Shown: positions 25,126-37,930, counted from the whole stretch's first letter. The stretch: DNA of 61,284 nt, filler included, from Sphacelaria rigidula (GCA_964200075.2; 8 parts of 8 records of this genome joined end to end with filler, not necessarily neighbours in it), one strand, 5' to 3'. A program made the numbers and translations. The notes: a model not told the origin generated them from the letters alone.

Positions 25126-25460
25126 CACACGCGGCCATTTGGTCACCTCCAAACTTCCTCCGGGTGGGTACACTTTTCGAGCCTCCAGAAAAAATAAACG
25201 CCTCCGGAGGGGTGCGTGGCCCTCCAGAGGAGATTTTTTGGTTTCCTCCAGAGGGATTTAACGCCTCCAGGGGCTTGTTTTTGCCTCTGGAGGGTCGCGC
25301 ATATCCCCAAATTCCCCCGGACGGGTATGCGCGGCCCTCAGGGTCGGTAGAGTTTTATCTCCTCTAGAGGGATGGAAGGCCTCCGGAGGCTTCTTTTCCC
25401 CCTGGAGGGCCGGGCATCCCTCCGGAGGCATTTTGGGGTGTAGCCAAATGGCCGCGGGTG
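25126..25460. mobile_element. CAC-ended MITE rich in CCTCCRGAGG palindromic motifs
   Basis: Left TIR cacacgcggccatttgg; right TIR (reverse complement) cacccgcggccatttgg. 2-bp TSD CT. Same terminus as 8912-9308. Confidence 0.8.
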
Positions 25461-25472
25461 CTGGACACAAAG

Positions 25473-25775
25473 CCGGTCTCCCCGGTGGCTCAGTTGGTAA
25501 CCTTGACACCTTCTGACGGTTGGGGCGTGGGTTCCTATCCCGGAGGGATCTTGGATTTTTCTCACACCATGCCCACAGTGGAGAGCGACTATGCCGTGGG
25601 TACACAAAGTTTGACTTAACCGTCGACGACGGAAAGGGACCGCTGTACCCCTCTCGCGAAAAAGATGAAGGCAAGCACCGCAGAAGGAAGGTGGAGTACC
25701 AAAACAAACAAACAAAAAAGACTGTGCAGGCCTTCCTCCTGTGTGACCCCGGCTGGTGCGCCCACATATACCGAA
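25473..25775 (+). mobile_element. tRNA-derived SINE
   Basis: A box ggtggctcagttggt and a degenerate B box gggttcctatccc. The body (cagtggagagcgactatg...gcaagcaccgcagaaggaaggtggagt...tgtgaccccggctg) is shared with other copies. Confidence 0.8.
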
Positions 25776-26486
25776 AGGCGCAGACCGGCGTCCGGAATAG
25801 ATGCCCATCATCCTACAATGGGGGGGGGGGGGGGTATTTGGTTGCACGAAAAACGAGGCTCATAAATGTGTCAGACATCCTTCCACACATGCGTGGCGCT
25901 TGTATTCGATTCCAAACGGTGTCGGGCAGTACGGATGAGCGTTATTGATCTACAACAAGTTCTTCGAACAACCGTTGCTGGGTTCAACGACGATCTGGCT
26001 CGAAATTTCGAGCAACAAATGGCCCGAAATACCCCCCCCCTTATCGTAAGCTGACTCTGGGACGACAACACAGGGCATGTCCGTAGGATCACCTGGGGTA
26101 GTCAATAAAATATACCTTGTCAGGATAAGGTACAACAGTCTAGTGATATACTTGTTTGAGTACCGGGTACTACGCGGGATGACTTTATATTGTGATGATA
26201 GTGACTAGACATACGTGAGTGGTGCTTGTCGCATCTTGGTACCTTGGCCCCCACTGGGTCCACTCCTCTTCCTTCCCTCTTCATCAACAAAACTGTATAT
26301 ACATTTCTTCCTCATCTTGATCGGTAGTCAGCCGTGTCCATTGATCGACTATCGCAGTCGTGTCCATTGATCGACTATCTGAGTCGAGTCTGCACCCCAT
26401 CCTCTCACGGGGTCACGAAGCTACAAACACTCTAGAGCCCCCCTTTACCCAACTTGGGGGCTTTGTGGCCAAGGGACCGATGGCGG

Positions 26487-26960
26487 ACTGGAGCACCGCG
26501 GAAAGACACTCGGCTGTCGTGGGAGACACATATCGTCTCCAACGGAAATGCGGGAGGTCAAGGAAAATGTAGCCAGTTTGCAAGACTCGATGGCGGATAT
26601 CACCGAGCAGCTGGCGGAGCTGAAGACGATGATGGTGTCCCAGTTAGTGTGCGGGATATCGTCCACTGGCCTCGCAGCGGCAGCGGACGGGGAGGGGGAG
26701 GCAGGCGACGGGAAGCACACCGTCGCCGGTGCCGGAACAGGGAGGGTCCGGTCACCACGCGGTGTAGGGATTGTATCAGGCCCTCTCCGAGGATCCACGG
26801 GCGATGGATCCGCCCAAGTAAGTATGAACGAGGAGTCCCCGGCTTACCACCCTCATCTAGGCGTGGAGCGTTGTTTCCGTGTTGATGAAAGATTCGATGA
26901 GAAGTTTGACGGTAGGGGGAAAAATTGGCCGTTGTTCCGTGATGATGATTCCCTGACACA
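26487..26960 (+). pseudogene. Probable 5' part of a Copia-type gag (frameshifted), possibly preceded by an LTR ending near 26453
   Basis: A coiled-coil N-terminus (VASLQDSMADITEQLAELKTMM) followed by KFDGRGKNWPLF, similar to the KFDG.N.W motif of Copia gag N-termini. Confidence 0.45.
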
Positions 26961-27043
26961 AGTTAGTGCGGCAGGTTTCATAAGCGCCTCACGTGACAGA
27001 CGGAAAATATATCCTCCGCCTCCGTCATCACAGGTTGCAGGGA

Positions 27044-28063
27044 TCATCCGACTGTTCCGGACGAATTGCTGTATGCAGTCGTCGCCGCGGCAGGCGGCGG
27101 GATGAACGACCCGGGAATGCTTACATTGGCGATGTTAACGCTTCCATTCGTTGCTGCTTTCTTTAGTTGTACCTTCAACTCGGCGTCGCTGTGTGTTGTT
27201 GTTCTATGATACGAGCACCATTTTAATGCTTCATTCCCTCCGTTCATCTTGCCTGCCTTTCGACGCCTCTGTGTCGGGTTACTCGGCCGTGTCAGACTTC
27301 GCTTGTTGTTCGAGCATTCACGTTGATAGTGCCCAAACCCCTTGCAAAGGTGACACTGTATACCAGATGTCGTAGCCTGCATGGCCGCTCCAGGTCCGGC
27401 CACGGTTGGTGCAGTTGACGTACCAAAACTCCGATCATTGTACGCGTTGCACATTGCGGTGCGAATGTTGTCGAGGCCGAAGTCGCGCTCGGTGTAGCAT
27501 TTCGTGCGCACGAAGTCATACTCGGGGGTTATCGCCTTGAGGATAATGTCCTCGTAGCGATCGTCGTGCATTTTATCCCCGAGACCCTCCAGACGCAGTC
27601 GAATTTCGTCCATGTCTTGGAAGAAATTTTCGGGGTCCTCGCCCGGTTTCATCGTGCGGCTAACCAGCTGAGCGTGAACTGCCCGCCTAGCCGCTTTGGT
27701 GTTGCAGTCGAACTTCTCAACCAAGGCCTTCCACGCACCTCGCCCATCGCCGACCCGCGGGTCATCGAGATCTTCATCCTCTGTGTACAAAACCCGCCGG
27801 ATCGTCGCAGCTGCAGGCCCGGTCGTTGAAAGGAACAACAGTGAAGAAAGGTCGCTGTTCTTTCGGTCCCATGCGCGCCCTGCTGGTTCATCAGTAGGCC
27901 TTCGTTGACCGTTGAGAACGGCGAACATCGGCTTATCAACGATATAGATAGCTACTCGCAGCTGATCATTCCATGCGATGAAGGTGTTCCTATCGTTCGA
28001 AAATCTCGGTACCCGTTTGAATACGGCCGTTATGCGGTCGGAACTGGTGGCGGTGTAACTCAT
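27044..28063 (-). CDS. gag: Ty1/Copia gag (UBN2-like core + CCHC zinc knuckle)
   Basis: Open ~340 codons containing DGRGAWKALVEKF, MKPGEDPENFF, LKAITPEYD, the knuckle CHLCKGFGHYQREC and WCSYHRTTTHS. Confidence 0.85.
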   Translation of the reverse strand: MSYTATSSDRITAVFKRVPRFSNDRNTFIAWNDQLRVAIYIVDKPMFAVLNGQRRPTDEPAGRAWDRKNSDLSSLLFLSTTGPAAATIRRVLYTEDEDLDDPRVGDGRGAWKALVEKFDCNTKAARRAVHAQLVSRTMKPGEDPENFFQDMDEIRLRLEGLGDKMHDDRYEDIILKAITPEYDFVRTKCYTERDFGLDNIRTAMCNAYNDRSFGTSTAPTVAGPGAAMQATTSGIQCHLCKGFGHYQRECSNNKRSLTRPSNPTQRRRKAGKMNGGNEALKWCSYHRTTTHSDAELKVQLKKAATNGSVNIANVSIPGSFIPPPAAATTAYSNSSGTVG

Positions 28064-28085
28064 CGTACAGAGAGAAAATGAACCG

Positions 28086-28480
28086 CGCAACGCTAAGCGC
28101 TTCGGGGCTTATCAATGCTCGACGCGCAAGTGCGATTTCCCAGACTGTGCCGCCTTCCTGCGGGCACAGGTTTTCACTGTAGCTTGTACAGACTGCAGCT
28201 GGTGCAGGTTTCGTCCGCAGGGATGATGACGTACGCAACGCTGTACGCTTCGGGGCTTATCAATGCTCGACGCGCAAGTGCGGTTTCCCAGACTGTGCCG
28301 CCTTCCTGCACGTACAGGTTTTCACTGTAGCTTGTACAGACTGCAGCTGGTGCAGGTTTCGTTCGCAGGGATGATGACGTACGCAACGCTGTACGCTTCG
28401 AGGCTTATCAATACTCGACGCGCGAGTGCGATTTCCCAGACTGTGCCGCCTTCCTGCGCGCACAGGTTTTCACTGTAGCT
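28086..28480. repeat. 148-bp tandem repeat, ~2.7 near-identical copies
   Basis: The unit cgcaacgct...gcttatcaatgctcgacgcgcaagtgcg...caggttttcactgtagct...gggatgatgacgta recurs with period 148. Confidence 0.95.
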
Positions 28481-28483
28481 CGA

Positions 28484-30193
28484 TGCCAGAGATTCCGGAG
28501 GGGGGAGAAAGTGGTCATAGTGCCGAACACTTTTCAAGAGGCAATGCGACTGCCAGAGGCGAAGCAGTGGAAGGCAGCATCAGACAAAGAAATAGAAAGC
28601 CTTCGTTCCAATAATGTCTTCACGCTTGTACTCTTCACGGCGATTCCTGCAGGGGTGAAAGCCATCGGATCCCGGTGGGTGTATAAGGTGAAAGCCGACA
28701 ACACATACAAGGGAAGACTGGTCGTCCAAGGATGGGGACAAGTACCGGGCATCGACTGCGGCGGCACCTTCGCTCCCGTCTGTAGGCTACAGAGCACCGT
28801 ATGGTGCTCGCAGCGGCCGCGGAGATGGACTAGGAAATCTGGCAGCTGGACGTGCAGACGGCATTTCTAAACGCGCCCGTTGAAGAGGAAGTTTACGTCA
28901 AGATGGCCCCGGGCTATGAGGAGAACGATCCCGTGACAAGAGTTCCTCTCGTGATGAATCTCCATAAGTCATTATATGGCCTTCGCCAGTCGCCACTATA
29001 TTGGTGGAGCACCATGGACAATTTTCTGGGGGAGATCGGTTTTACCTCTCTCGCTTCAGATCCCTGCGTAAACGCCTTTACTGACAACGACGACAACGAC
29101 AACATCAGGGCCGGCAACTCCCGGGGCGACACCGTCAGCACCGCTGTCAGAAGGAGGAAGGTTGTCGCACTTCTCACCCTCTACGTGGACGATGTGCTCC
29201 TTGTTGGAGGGGACGTGGCAGTACTGCAGATGCTCAAGAAAAAGCTCATGGTTCGTTTCAAAATGACGGACATGGGAGACGTGTCACTTGTACTCGGAAT
29301 GAGAGTCACCCGAGACCACAAGAATGGGACGCTCACTCTCAGCCAGGAGAACTACACCAAATCGATCCTGGAGAAGTACGGCATGGGGGACTGCAATCCG
29401 CTGAGCACACCAGGAACGCGAGCAGAGCTGTCATTGAACCAACCAGAAGGGCAACCTCTGGATCCGGCGGCAACACAGCGATACCAGGCGATCACCGGCT
29501 CGTTAATGTATGTATTTAGCACAAGTGACCCGGTATGATATCCAGTTTGCTGTCAACCAGCTTGCGAGAGCGATGTCAACACCATCAAAAGCACACATGG
29601 GTGCTGCGAAACATATTTTACGTTACCTTGCGGGGAGTGCTAGTTTCGATATCACGTACAGGAAGGGAGGATTTCAGCTCATCGCGTTTTCGGAGGCCAA
29701 CTGGGGGAACAACCCGGATAACGGGAAATCGATGTCCTCGTATATCGCGATGCTCTCGAACGCTCCGGTGAGTTTCAAAGTCGGAATACAGGGTCTAACT
29801 GCTCAGTCGACAATGGAAGCTGAGCTTGTGGCGGCAGCGCTGGCAATGAAGGAGGCTGTGTTCTGTTCCAACGTGATGATGGAGCTGGGATTCGGCGAGG
29901 TATTTCACAGTGTTCCCGTTCACATAGACAACACCTCAATACTTCACGTTGCCGGTAACAGCACCTACAGTGGACGGACCAACCATGTGGCATTGCGCTA
30001 CTTCTTCATTCGCAAACTCATCAAGAAGCGAAGGGTCACCCTTCATCACGTAGACACCAAGAACAACATCGCCGACATTGGGACGAAATACTTGGGCAAA
30101 CATCGTCACCTGCATCTGCTGCACGTAACCAAGACCTTTAGGACTTCAAATAAAGAGGCGGACGAGAGAGCTGGTCTGATGCGTACTTTCTAG
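28484..30193 (+). pseudogene. pol: Ty1/Copia RT-RNase H pseudogene; protease and integrase absent
   Basis: PNTFQEAM, WVYKVK, YKGRLVVQGWGQVPGID, KSLYGLRQSP, LYVDDVLL, MTDMG, AQSTMEAE, HIDN, NIADIGTK. Frameshifts near 28800 and 29510. Confidence 0.93.
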
Positions 30194-30370
30194 CGTGTGG
30201 TTGGATCACGACTGTGTTTTGAATAAACGAGAACGTAGAAAGTGTTGAGTTGAAAATCCAAGTGTACATTGTAAGGAATGTGCAGAAATGGAAGCATACG
30301 TTTCCATAGGTAGGCCTAGAAATATTCATCCGTCCGGATTTCTTTATCTCTCCTGGCTGCTACTTCCATT

Positions 30371-30594
30371 GAGGGGGAGTGTCAAGAATTTCATGTTGCA
30401 TAACAAAAGTGAGTCAATGTTCAGTAGCATCAAGCTGAAATACGGAGGCTTGTTCACTGAGCAACAGGCGAGACATTATGCGGGGTAATAGGAAACGGTT
30501 GGAGTTGTTGTACAGTCTTCGAGAATCCTGTGGTGTGAAGGGTGTTCTGGAAAGATATGATTGGCTAGTAGTCGCAAGTCAGTCAAGAACTCGC
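30371..30594 (+). repeat. PPT (30371-30379) and start of a Copia 3' LTR (from 30380), truncated
   Basis: gagggggag followed by tgtcaag, downstream of RNase H. No partner LTR in this contig. Confidence 0.7.
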
Positions 30595-30694
30595 NNNNNN
30601 NNNNNNNNNNNNNNNNNNNNNNNNNNNNNNNNNNNNNNTTAATTAATTAANNNNNNNNNNNNNNNNNNNNNNNNNNNNNNNNNNNNNNNNNNNN
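30595..30694. other. Artificial contig spacer
   Basis: 44N-TTAATTAATTAA-44N. Confidence 0.98.
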
Positions 30695-30731
<37 letters not shown>

Positions 30732-30753
30732 CATCATCATAATAATAATAATA
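30695..30753. repeat. (TAA)n/(TCA)n microsatellite
   Basis: Read directly from the sequence. Confidence 0.95.
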
Positions 30754-33700
30754 GTCATAATTACCGCTCATTAGCCCCATCTCTCGAACTCGTGGTCACA
30801 GACGTGGGCTCGTCTTGCTACTACCGTCCTTCCCATTCCTACGAGAGATTGAGATTTATTCCCCATCGGATCTTCTGAGACTCATGAAACAAAACAAAAA
30901 AACTGAAACTGATACAGCAGTGAATTCACAGAATATCGCCGAATATCACGCCAAAAATTAAAAAAACAAATAAGAAGGAAAAAAGCAAGAAGGCTTTCGT
31001 GACATGCTACCTCAAAGGGAATCTCGTACCGCGATGAACCAGAAATCACAACTCGAGCTCCTGATTTTCACCCATAAACAGCTTGGGAGGGAGACAGAAC
31101 GGGTGGTTCGCAGCTTGTTGGGCTTGACGTGAAAGGAGATCGTCAACCCATCGATCGATGTCTAGTTGCTGCAAAATCTTGGTGTCCAAATCCCCCATTC
31201 ATTCGAAATTCGGCATCGTAAGGCCCATAATTATCGACGCTGTTTTTCAGAGACCTCCGAATTTGTATTAGACATGACGGACTCTGCGTTCGGGCTTCTC
31301 GAGCAACGAACCGCTTTGATTTTTTCTCCGAGCCGTTCATTTTCGGACAAGTCCGACTATTTATCGACTGTAAACCCAGCACTTCCAAAGCTGCCCTGTC
31401 TCTACATCGTGGCGCTCAGAATCTTTCGAGAGTTATCACTGTCCGACATTTCCGGAGATATCCGAAAAAGCAGCGTCGATAAAAATGGTCCTAACGGATG
31501 GTCTGCAACCACCGTCCGTTAAATTCAGCGCATGGTCTGCAACCACTGTCTGTAGTATTCGGCTGAGGGCTCATTTATTACCCTCCGTAATCACATTACG
31601 GGCATTACTGTTGTTACCGACAGCAGATAAATAACTGCTATGACACTCGCGGCTTACGGAAAACCCACAGCACGCATCACGGAAGGTGGCCGGCGGAGGG
31701 ATGGTAAGAGATTGGAGCATAGGAGAGCTTTGAAGCCTCCAGTAATAATGGGCAAGAACGGCGTATGTGTGTATGGGTCGCAAGTTCTGCAGGGGTTTCG
31801 TTTGCCTGTTGCTGGTGCACCCTGTCGGTCGCTATTTTTGCTCTTGTACAGCTGACACGTACGAGCTAACAGGTAACTCGAGGCGTATCGTTGCCCTTCA
31901 GTTGCTACCCGCTGCTGACAGTATTCCTAGTTTGGCGTGCTTCCTGACTCACGCTCGTTGATGCAACACGACCCAGACGAGCACGTTTGGAACATGACCT
32001 GGGAAATTGAGTGGGATTTCGATCTTCTGTACAGTACTGCACTGGCGGTACTGACTGTGATTTACGGAAGAGTTTTTCGTCGTCGGTGACGCCCGGCTGA
32101 AGATATGCAAGAATAGGTTCAGTGCCTACAGCCAGGGTGTTCTGCCTCCATCACTCACGGCGAACCTAGTGCGCGGATAAGGTGGCGTTTGCCTGCACCC
32201 AATCGTTGCTATATTTTTGCATAGGGGGGCCGTGACATGTGTGCTCAGCCCCGGCGGAAAGCTGTGATCGCTGTCACAGGCTACATAGCGTAGCGAAGTA
32301 TAACTTTCCGATGACAAAAAAATAATGCAATGTTGTTCCATCAGCCGGATCAGATGGACCATCTCCGTCGTTACTTCCATCTATGGAGTGCAAAACACGG
32401 GCAGAATAAAACGCACGTTGTTTCTGTCCCATGTCATCTTTGGTTGAAATACCATGACCAGCATGAGAAAATGCGACTAGACAGCGAAGTCGTCCACCTG
32501 TACGGGAACAAAGTGACCATTTCGCTGACCGTGATTGGCCAGAGTGGCCATTCTGCACCCCTCGGGCCTCGTTCCCGGCTTAGAATCCTCCGCGGGCAAA
32601 TTCCAAACAAACATGGTTGACTTGGTGAGCTTCCCGGCTGCTCTGTGAGCAGATACCCCCCCCCCCCCCAACCCCTGGAAACCCTCGGACGTCTCCACAC
32701 TGTCAGCCTGTGAAACTGTTCCGAGGAGACGCTCGGTCTCTGAGTCCTTCAGTCATGAATGATTATTTCGGAGGCCCAATGCCAACGCGTCCAAGATACC
32801 GTGCTCATCAAAATCATTTCGACTAGCACCATCAAATGACACTCTGGGCGCAACGATGTGGAGGATGTTAAAAAAATCGAATTTTGAAGCTGGCGACAAC
32901 GGACATCTTACCCACCGCACAACCAACTGCCAACAGAGCCTGTACAGGTTTTGCCTTGCCATGGGCAGCACTGATGCCACCACTGAAACACAAATTCTCG
33001 CACCGGTTATCGGCATAGCACCACTCACCGCAGAGAACCATATGCATCAACTGTAACGCACCTCAAGCACGTTATCTCCCAGTCCAAATTCGGCTTTAGC
33101 CCCGACATCGCCACCACTAGGCCCATCTTCCCCCACCATGTCCGCTTCAACCTCACGTGTAGTACACGGCATCGTGATTTGACCGTATCTTCTAGGATTC
33201 GCCATGACGTGTTGCGTTGTCCAGTGGGTTCGGGGAGAGCAGGGGAAACCTAAAGTCATCGAAGACACTCGCGACTGCCGTTGCGAAGAACACGCTTGAA
33301 GCGATGGAGTGGTGTCATCATGGACCCCCGCTTTGGCTGTCGCTATTGTGGGGTGTAGGTTCTGCCTGTTGCTGACAGCAGGCGATGACGATGAATAACA
33401 TGTGTAGGTTGTTGGCGTTGTCAACGATAATGACGCCGTTGAGCGAGAAAAAAGGAGCACCGGACGGAGCGCATCGAGAAACTTTACATTTAATGTAGCG
33501 GTCAAGATCAGATTCAGCAGCGGCACTCGCAACATGATCATGTTGCGTGTTTGTTGCGCGATCAGCCTCTGTATCTCCGCGCCTAACGATTTCCACATTA
33601 GGTTTATATGTTGTTTCTCTGACTCGCTGGGTGCACGAAGATCCCGTCCAGTGCGGCAAAATCTTGACGCACACACCAAAGGCAATGACACTTTAGATCG

Positions 33701-34637
33701 GTCGGCGGGATTTTCTGACTACCACCAAGCTGAACAACTTGGCATAAGCGTCGCATGATTTTGTAAAATAATAAGCTGCAAATGATTATTTGTGCATCGA
33801 TGACAGTCCGATCACGGGTGTGTGCAAGTACCGAGATTGGCAAAAAGCTGAGGAAGTTTGAGCATCACCCGTCACCGGCAAATCCATCTTCAGGTAGGTG
33901 CCTTTTCCTGTGCTCTTGTGTTTTGCTCCTTCTGTGTGAAGCTGTACTGACGATATGGCTGCAGCGTTTACGTCTCAACGCTTCCCTCCTTCTGGCTGTG
34001 CGGATCGCGACTATCCTCTACAGGTTTGCGCCGGTTGCAGATCAAGAGCACCCAAAGGCGTCAATTTCTCGAGATGCTCAAGGTGCAGGTACGCAGCAAG
34101 CCGACAAGGGACGATCAGGCTGGACTGACATTTTCATGTGCGGGCACGGCAGCGCAATTGCAGCTCATGCGTGTGACACACTTAAGCAGGGTTCACTTAT
34201 CCAAGCGAGGATAGACAACCCTCCATGCCCGTCACAGTCAGACAAGCAGAAGTCCAAGCTCTCACAATACCGATAATCTTTTTAGGCTACGTTGGGTGTC
34301 TTAGCGTTGTCTTCCGCGTGTTCTTATCGGAGATGGGAGATTGTTAACCCTTACAATCGTCTCTGAACAGTTTCACGGGCTGAGAGTCCAGGGACATCCG
34401 GGGTTTCCAGGGGGTGGGGGCGTGGTTGTTGAAAGGGGGTTTGGGGCCTGTTCGTCGGTGACAAGCTCTCTCAGTCAACCGTGTGTGTTTGGAAGTTTCC
34501 CACGGAAAAATCTGAGCGAAGGACCAGGCCGGAGTCGAACGGAGTGATCAGTTTGACAGCTGCGATTGGCCAGAATAGTCACTTGCTCCCCTACGGATGG
34601 ACTACGAATGGGCTACCTCGAAGGCTAGCCATATTTC

Positions 34638-36809
34638 TAGGGCTGTGAACTGAACCAGCTTGTACTGGCGATTAAACTGAAACTGGGATTTGACTGGAAC
34701 TGGTGATGAATCCAGTTCATCTAGTTTAATTCAAGTTTGCCCTTACCGGCTTTGTTTATACCGATTTTAGTATAGTGATTTTGTAACAACGATGCTTATA
34801 TCATCACAACAAAATGACGGCAAAAATGGGGCCTGCACCTGACAGCAGTACAAGTACAGACAGTACTCGTGGTAAGAACTGGGCTAGCCTAGAAGTGGAT
34901 TTGGAGTCTGCAGACCCATTCGCAATTCGAATACTTAGAGTTGGACCCTAAATTTTCAGTTGTAAAGTTTGGTATGGACAATCATTAGGGCATAATGGAA
35001 AAAATATATGGATGAACCCATTTTTTTTTCATGATGATTCAACGGTATTTTACTGAAACCTCAAAACTGAATATTGTAGAGTTGTGAACTGGCTGCCAGT
35101 TTAACTCACCAGTTACAGTTAACTGGTACAAGTGGTTAACTGATCGGTTTTGTGACCAGTTGAACCAGTTGTTTAACCCGACGTATGTGTCATACTCCAA
35201 AGTGTTCTGTTTACACATGTGTCATACTCGAGTCAATATTTTTGAAGCATTGTCGTACTACAATGACCGTGGGGACGCTGTTACATATGAGGCGAGTACA
35301 TGACCGAATGGTGTACACACCAAGACGTGAGCATGAATATCCCAGACAATATATTCTCAAGTTAAAAAACAACGGAGATTGGGCACGGGAAGTTGTTGAT
35401 TGAGCGGATTTGAAATGCGAAGCAAGACTGCGTTTCGTAGCGTTGTTGTGTACGCTTTGCTTTTTTTCTGTCGACATCAAGCGTTGAGCGTTCAGTGGTG
35501 GCTGGTCAATGTGATACCGAAGCATGAGGAAGAGCCGAGATTTCTGTTGATTTTTCCTGGCTGATGAAGTCACACTCAATGACGTCACCAGGTTGTCGTG
35601 CTACTAGTAGTTCCTGGCGCTTGGGTGGTACACGCGGAGCTCTATGTATGCTGCACTGCTGTCTCACCGCTTCCTTTTTTCTATCCATGTCGCAAAGTTC
35701 AGTAATATTTCCTTTTCCCTCATACATATTGTTTTGTGCACCGATTACGTGCTCGAATTGCTGGCGCTAGGCGACTAGAATATACCGCGATTTCGAAGAG
35801 ATGTGAAGCCAAATGGCGTAATTTTCTTGCCTCCGGCGGCGCCTCCAGCGGAGCCCCGTTACCAGCTGGGGGGAAGTATTTACGCGACTCCACCGCGTTG
35901 CCTTGCCAGGCAACGCTGGCGGAGTCGCGGGGCGGCTTCGCCGCCAGTTATCCACTTTTAACTGATAACTGTAACTGGTTGTAATTTTTGCAACCAGTCA
36001 ACTGGTTCGCCCAACCAGTTCGCAACTCTAGATTATTGCGTCCGGCTCATGAAAAAGAACTTTGGGTCCTTGCATTGGTTTATTTTTTTTGCCTTATTAA
36101 TTGTCCATATAAAAAATTAGGGGTCAACTTTAAGTATTCAATTGCGAATGGGTCGTCTAAAATCCGGATAGGTAAACATTCGGAACAGTATTTTGCAGGC
36201 CACTTCCCGGCCCACGTTTGGTGTTTGTGTATTGAAATTTCGTGTGGGATCTCGCTAGGGAACAATGAACCGAAAAAGTGGGTCATGTTTCGTATTTATT
36301 TTGTCTTTTTCACTGGTTTAGGGCGCTTTAGTATAGTAACGACCACTTTTCTACGAAAACGCTCGAACCTCTCCCAACATAGAAGAATGAAGGCCCATTT
36401 TATTTTTTAGCGTACTTTATCCGTTCGTGCTTCCAGCCTTGGCTTGTTTGCGTCCTCGTCTCCTCGCGAAGAGACCGCTACTGCATAACACAGATACATG
36501 ATTTTCGAATCGCTTACCGCTTTGAATGGGACTTGAATGTCATCTAAGACTTTAAGCTCCTCACTACGAGGGGTCACATTTTCTACAATTTTCAGCATTT
36601 TTGACGGGAAAACAAGCCATATAATGCATTTTTTCTCGCCTCCGCTGGCGCTCCCGCGGGGCCCCCTCACCACCGGGGGGGGAGGGGGCGTTTGCGGCTC
36701 GTGGCTTCGCCGCTCGCCGCCGATGTTTTTCAAGTTAATCGGCGGTGTACTGCCCGCTGGCGCGGCGAGTTTAAACTGAACTGGCCAGAGCAGCCAGTTC
36801 ACAGCAGTA
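34638..36809. mobile_element. Non-autonomous hAT-like element (outer of a nested pair)
   Basis: TIRs tagggctgtgaactg and (reverse complement) tactgctgtgaactg. 8-bp TSD catatttc/cgtatttc (7/8 match). AACTGG subterminal motifs. Confidence 0.7.
35077..36030. mobile_element. Non-autonomous hAT-like element nested in a related element
   Basis: TIRs tagagttgtgaactgg and (reverse complement) tagagttgcgaactgg. 8-bp TSD gaatattg/gattattg (7/8 match). Confidence 0.8.
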
Positions 36810-37489
36810 CGTATTTCCCATCGGGGTCATGGCCATTCAGCCATAAAAAACATGGGCAGAAAGAAGGTGTTTTTTTTCTGCTCGCGGTCTTCACACTGTT
36901 TGTAGTTTTGCCGTGGAACTCTTTTTCACCAAAGGCATGTAGCAAAGGCCGGCCATTTGTTTTTCTTTGCTTTCCATCTTTTTTTTGCCCTTGTTTCTTT
37001 TCTTTCCCTTTTAGATCTTTTCTTCCGTTTCGTTTTCCCCCTTGTATTTTGCAAACAACGAGGAAAAATACAAGATGCCTGCTCACGGTTCGCTTTTTCA
37101 CAAGGTTCTCGGGAAAAAAATACAAGACGAGGGAAATTTTACGAGATGAGCCCTCCTGGCTTGTGTTTTTTTTTTAAATACAAGGCGAGATCGACGCCTA
37201 TTTTTCTTTCGTATTTTTCATTCGCAAAGCAGCGAGACTATAATGGCAACGCCCGCCAGCCCTGAAGATGTTCGTGACCTTCGTCACCTGCGGGGCTCTC
37301 CTGACAGCAATGTCGAACATCCCCAGCGCCGTCTACACACTAGACCAAACTTTGCTTCGCCATCCTGGCGCACGCTAGATGTTAGCGGTTGCTGATCTAT
37401 TGGCATCGACCGTGCTCTCGAAAACCTGTTGTCTGTGCTGTCTCATGCAGTGAGTTGTAGGTGTCAGCTTGCACACAACAGTAGTACGC

Positions 37490-37930
37490 ACGACTGTAGT
37501 AAAAATGATGCGTACAGCGTGAGATTCAACGTGCAAAACAGACAACACTAGGTAGTACTGTACTGTCTGCACTGCAACATTGAACAGTAGGATACACAGG
37601 CCATGCTGCACCCAACGGCTGCCGGAAGTGATCTGGACAACGTGCAGTGCAGACAGTACAAGGCTTGTACTGCCGCATTCGACAGTGCAGGATCAATTCT
37701 TCGTTTGCCAGTAGTGTACAACGGCTGCAATAAATATGATGTGAACAACGTGCAGTTCAGACAGAGCTAAGCAGTACGGTACTGTCTGTACTGCCGCAGT
37801 CGGCGGAATACATGCGGACATGCCAAGTTGAAGACGGTAATATACAATGGCTGCACAGAAATTGATGTGGAGGAGTGCGGTACAGACGGTACTAGACAGT
37901 ACTACTGTCTGTACTGCCGCATACGAGATA
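37490..37930. repeat. Degenerate minisatellite, ~105-125-bp unit, ~4 copies
   Basis: Recurrent aacggctgc...tgat.tg.acaacgtgcag..cagac...gtactgtctgtactgccgca. Confidence 0.65.

Noticed and set aside
25473-25550. SINE heads as functional tRNA genes
   Set aside because: The cloverleaf is degenerate and each head is attached to the same repeat body.
28086-28480. Tandem repeats here (and at 37490-37930, 39955-40113, 43033-43230) as a CRISPR-like array
   Set aside because: Whole units are repeated with no unique spacers, and no cas-like ORFs are present.
33800-34090. Possible small spliced exons (GKKLRKFEHH.../LRRLQIKSTQRRQFLEMLKVQ)
   Set aside because: Splice sites are plausible but there is no recognisable domain or extendable gene model.
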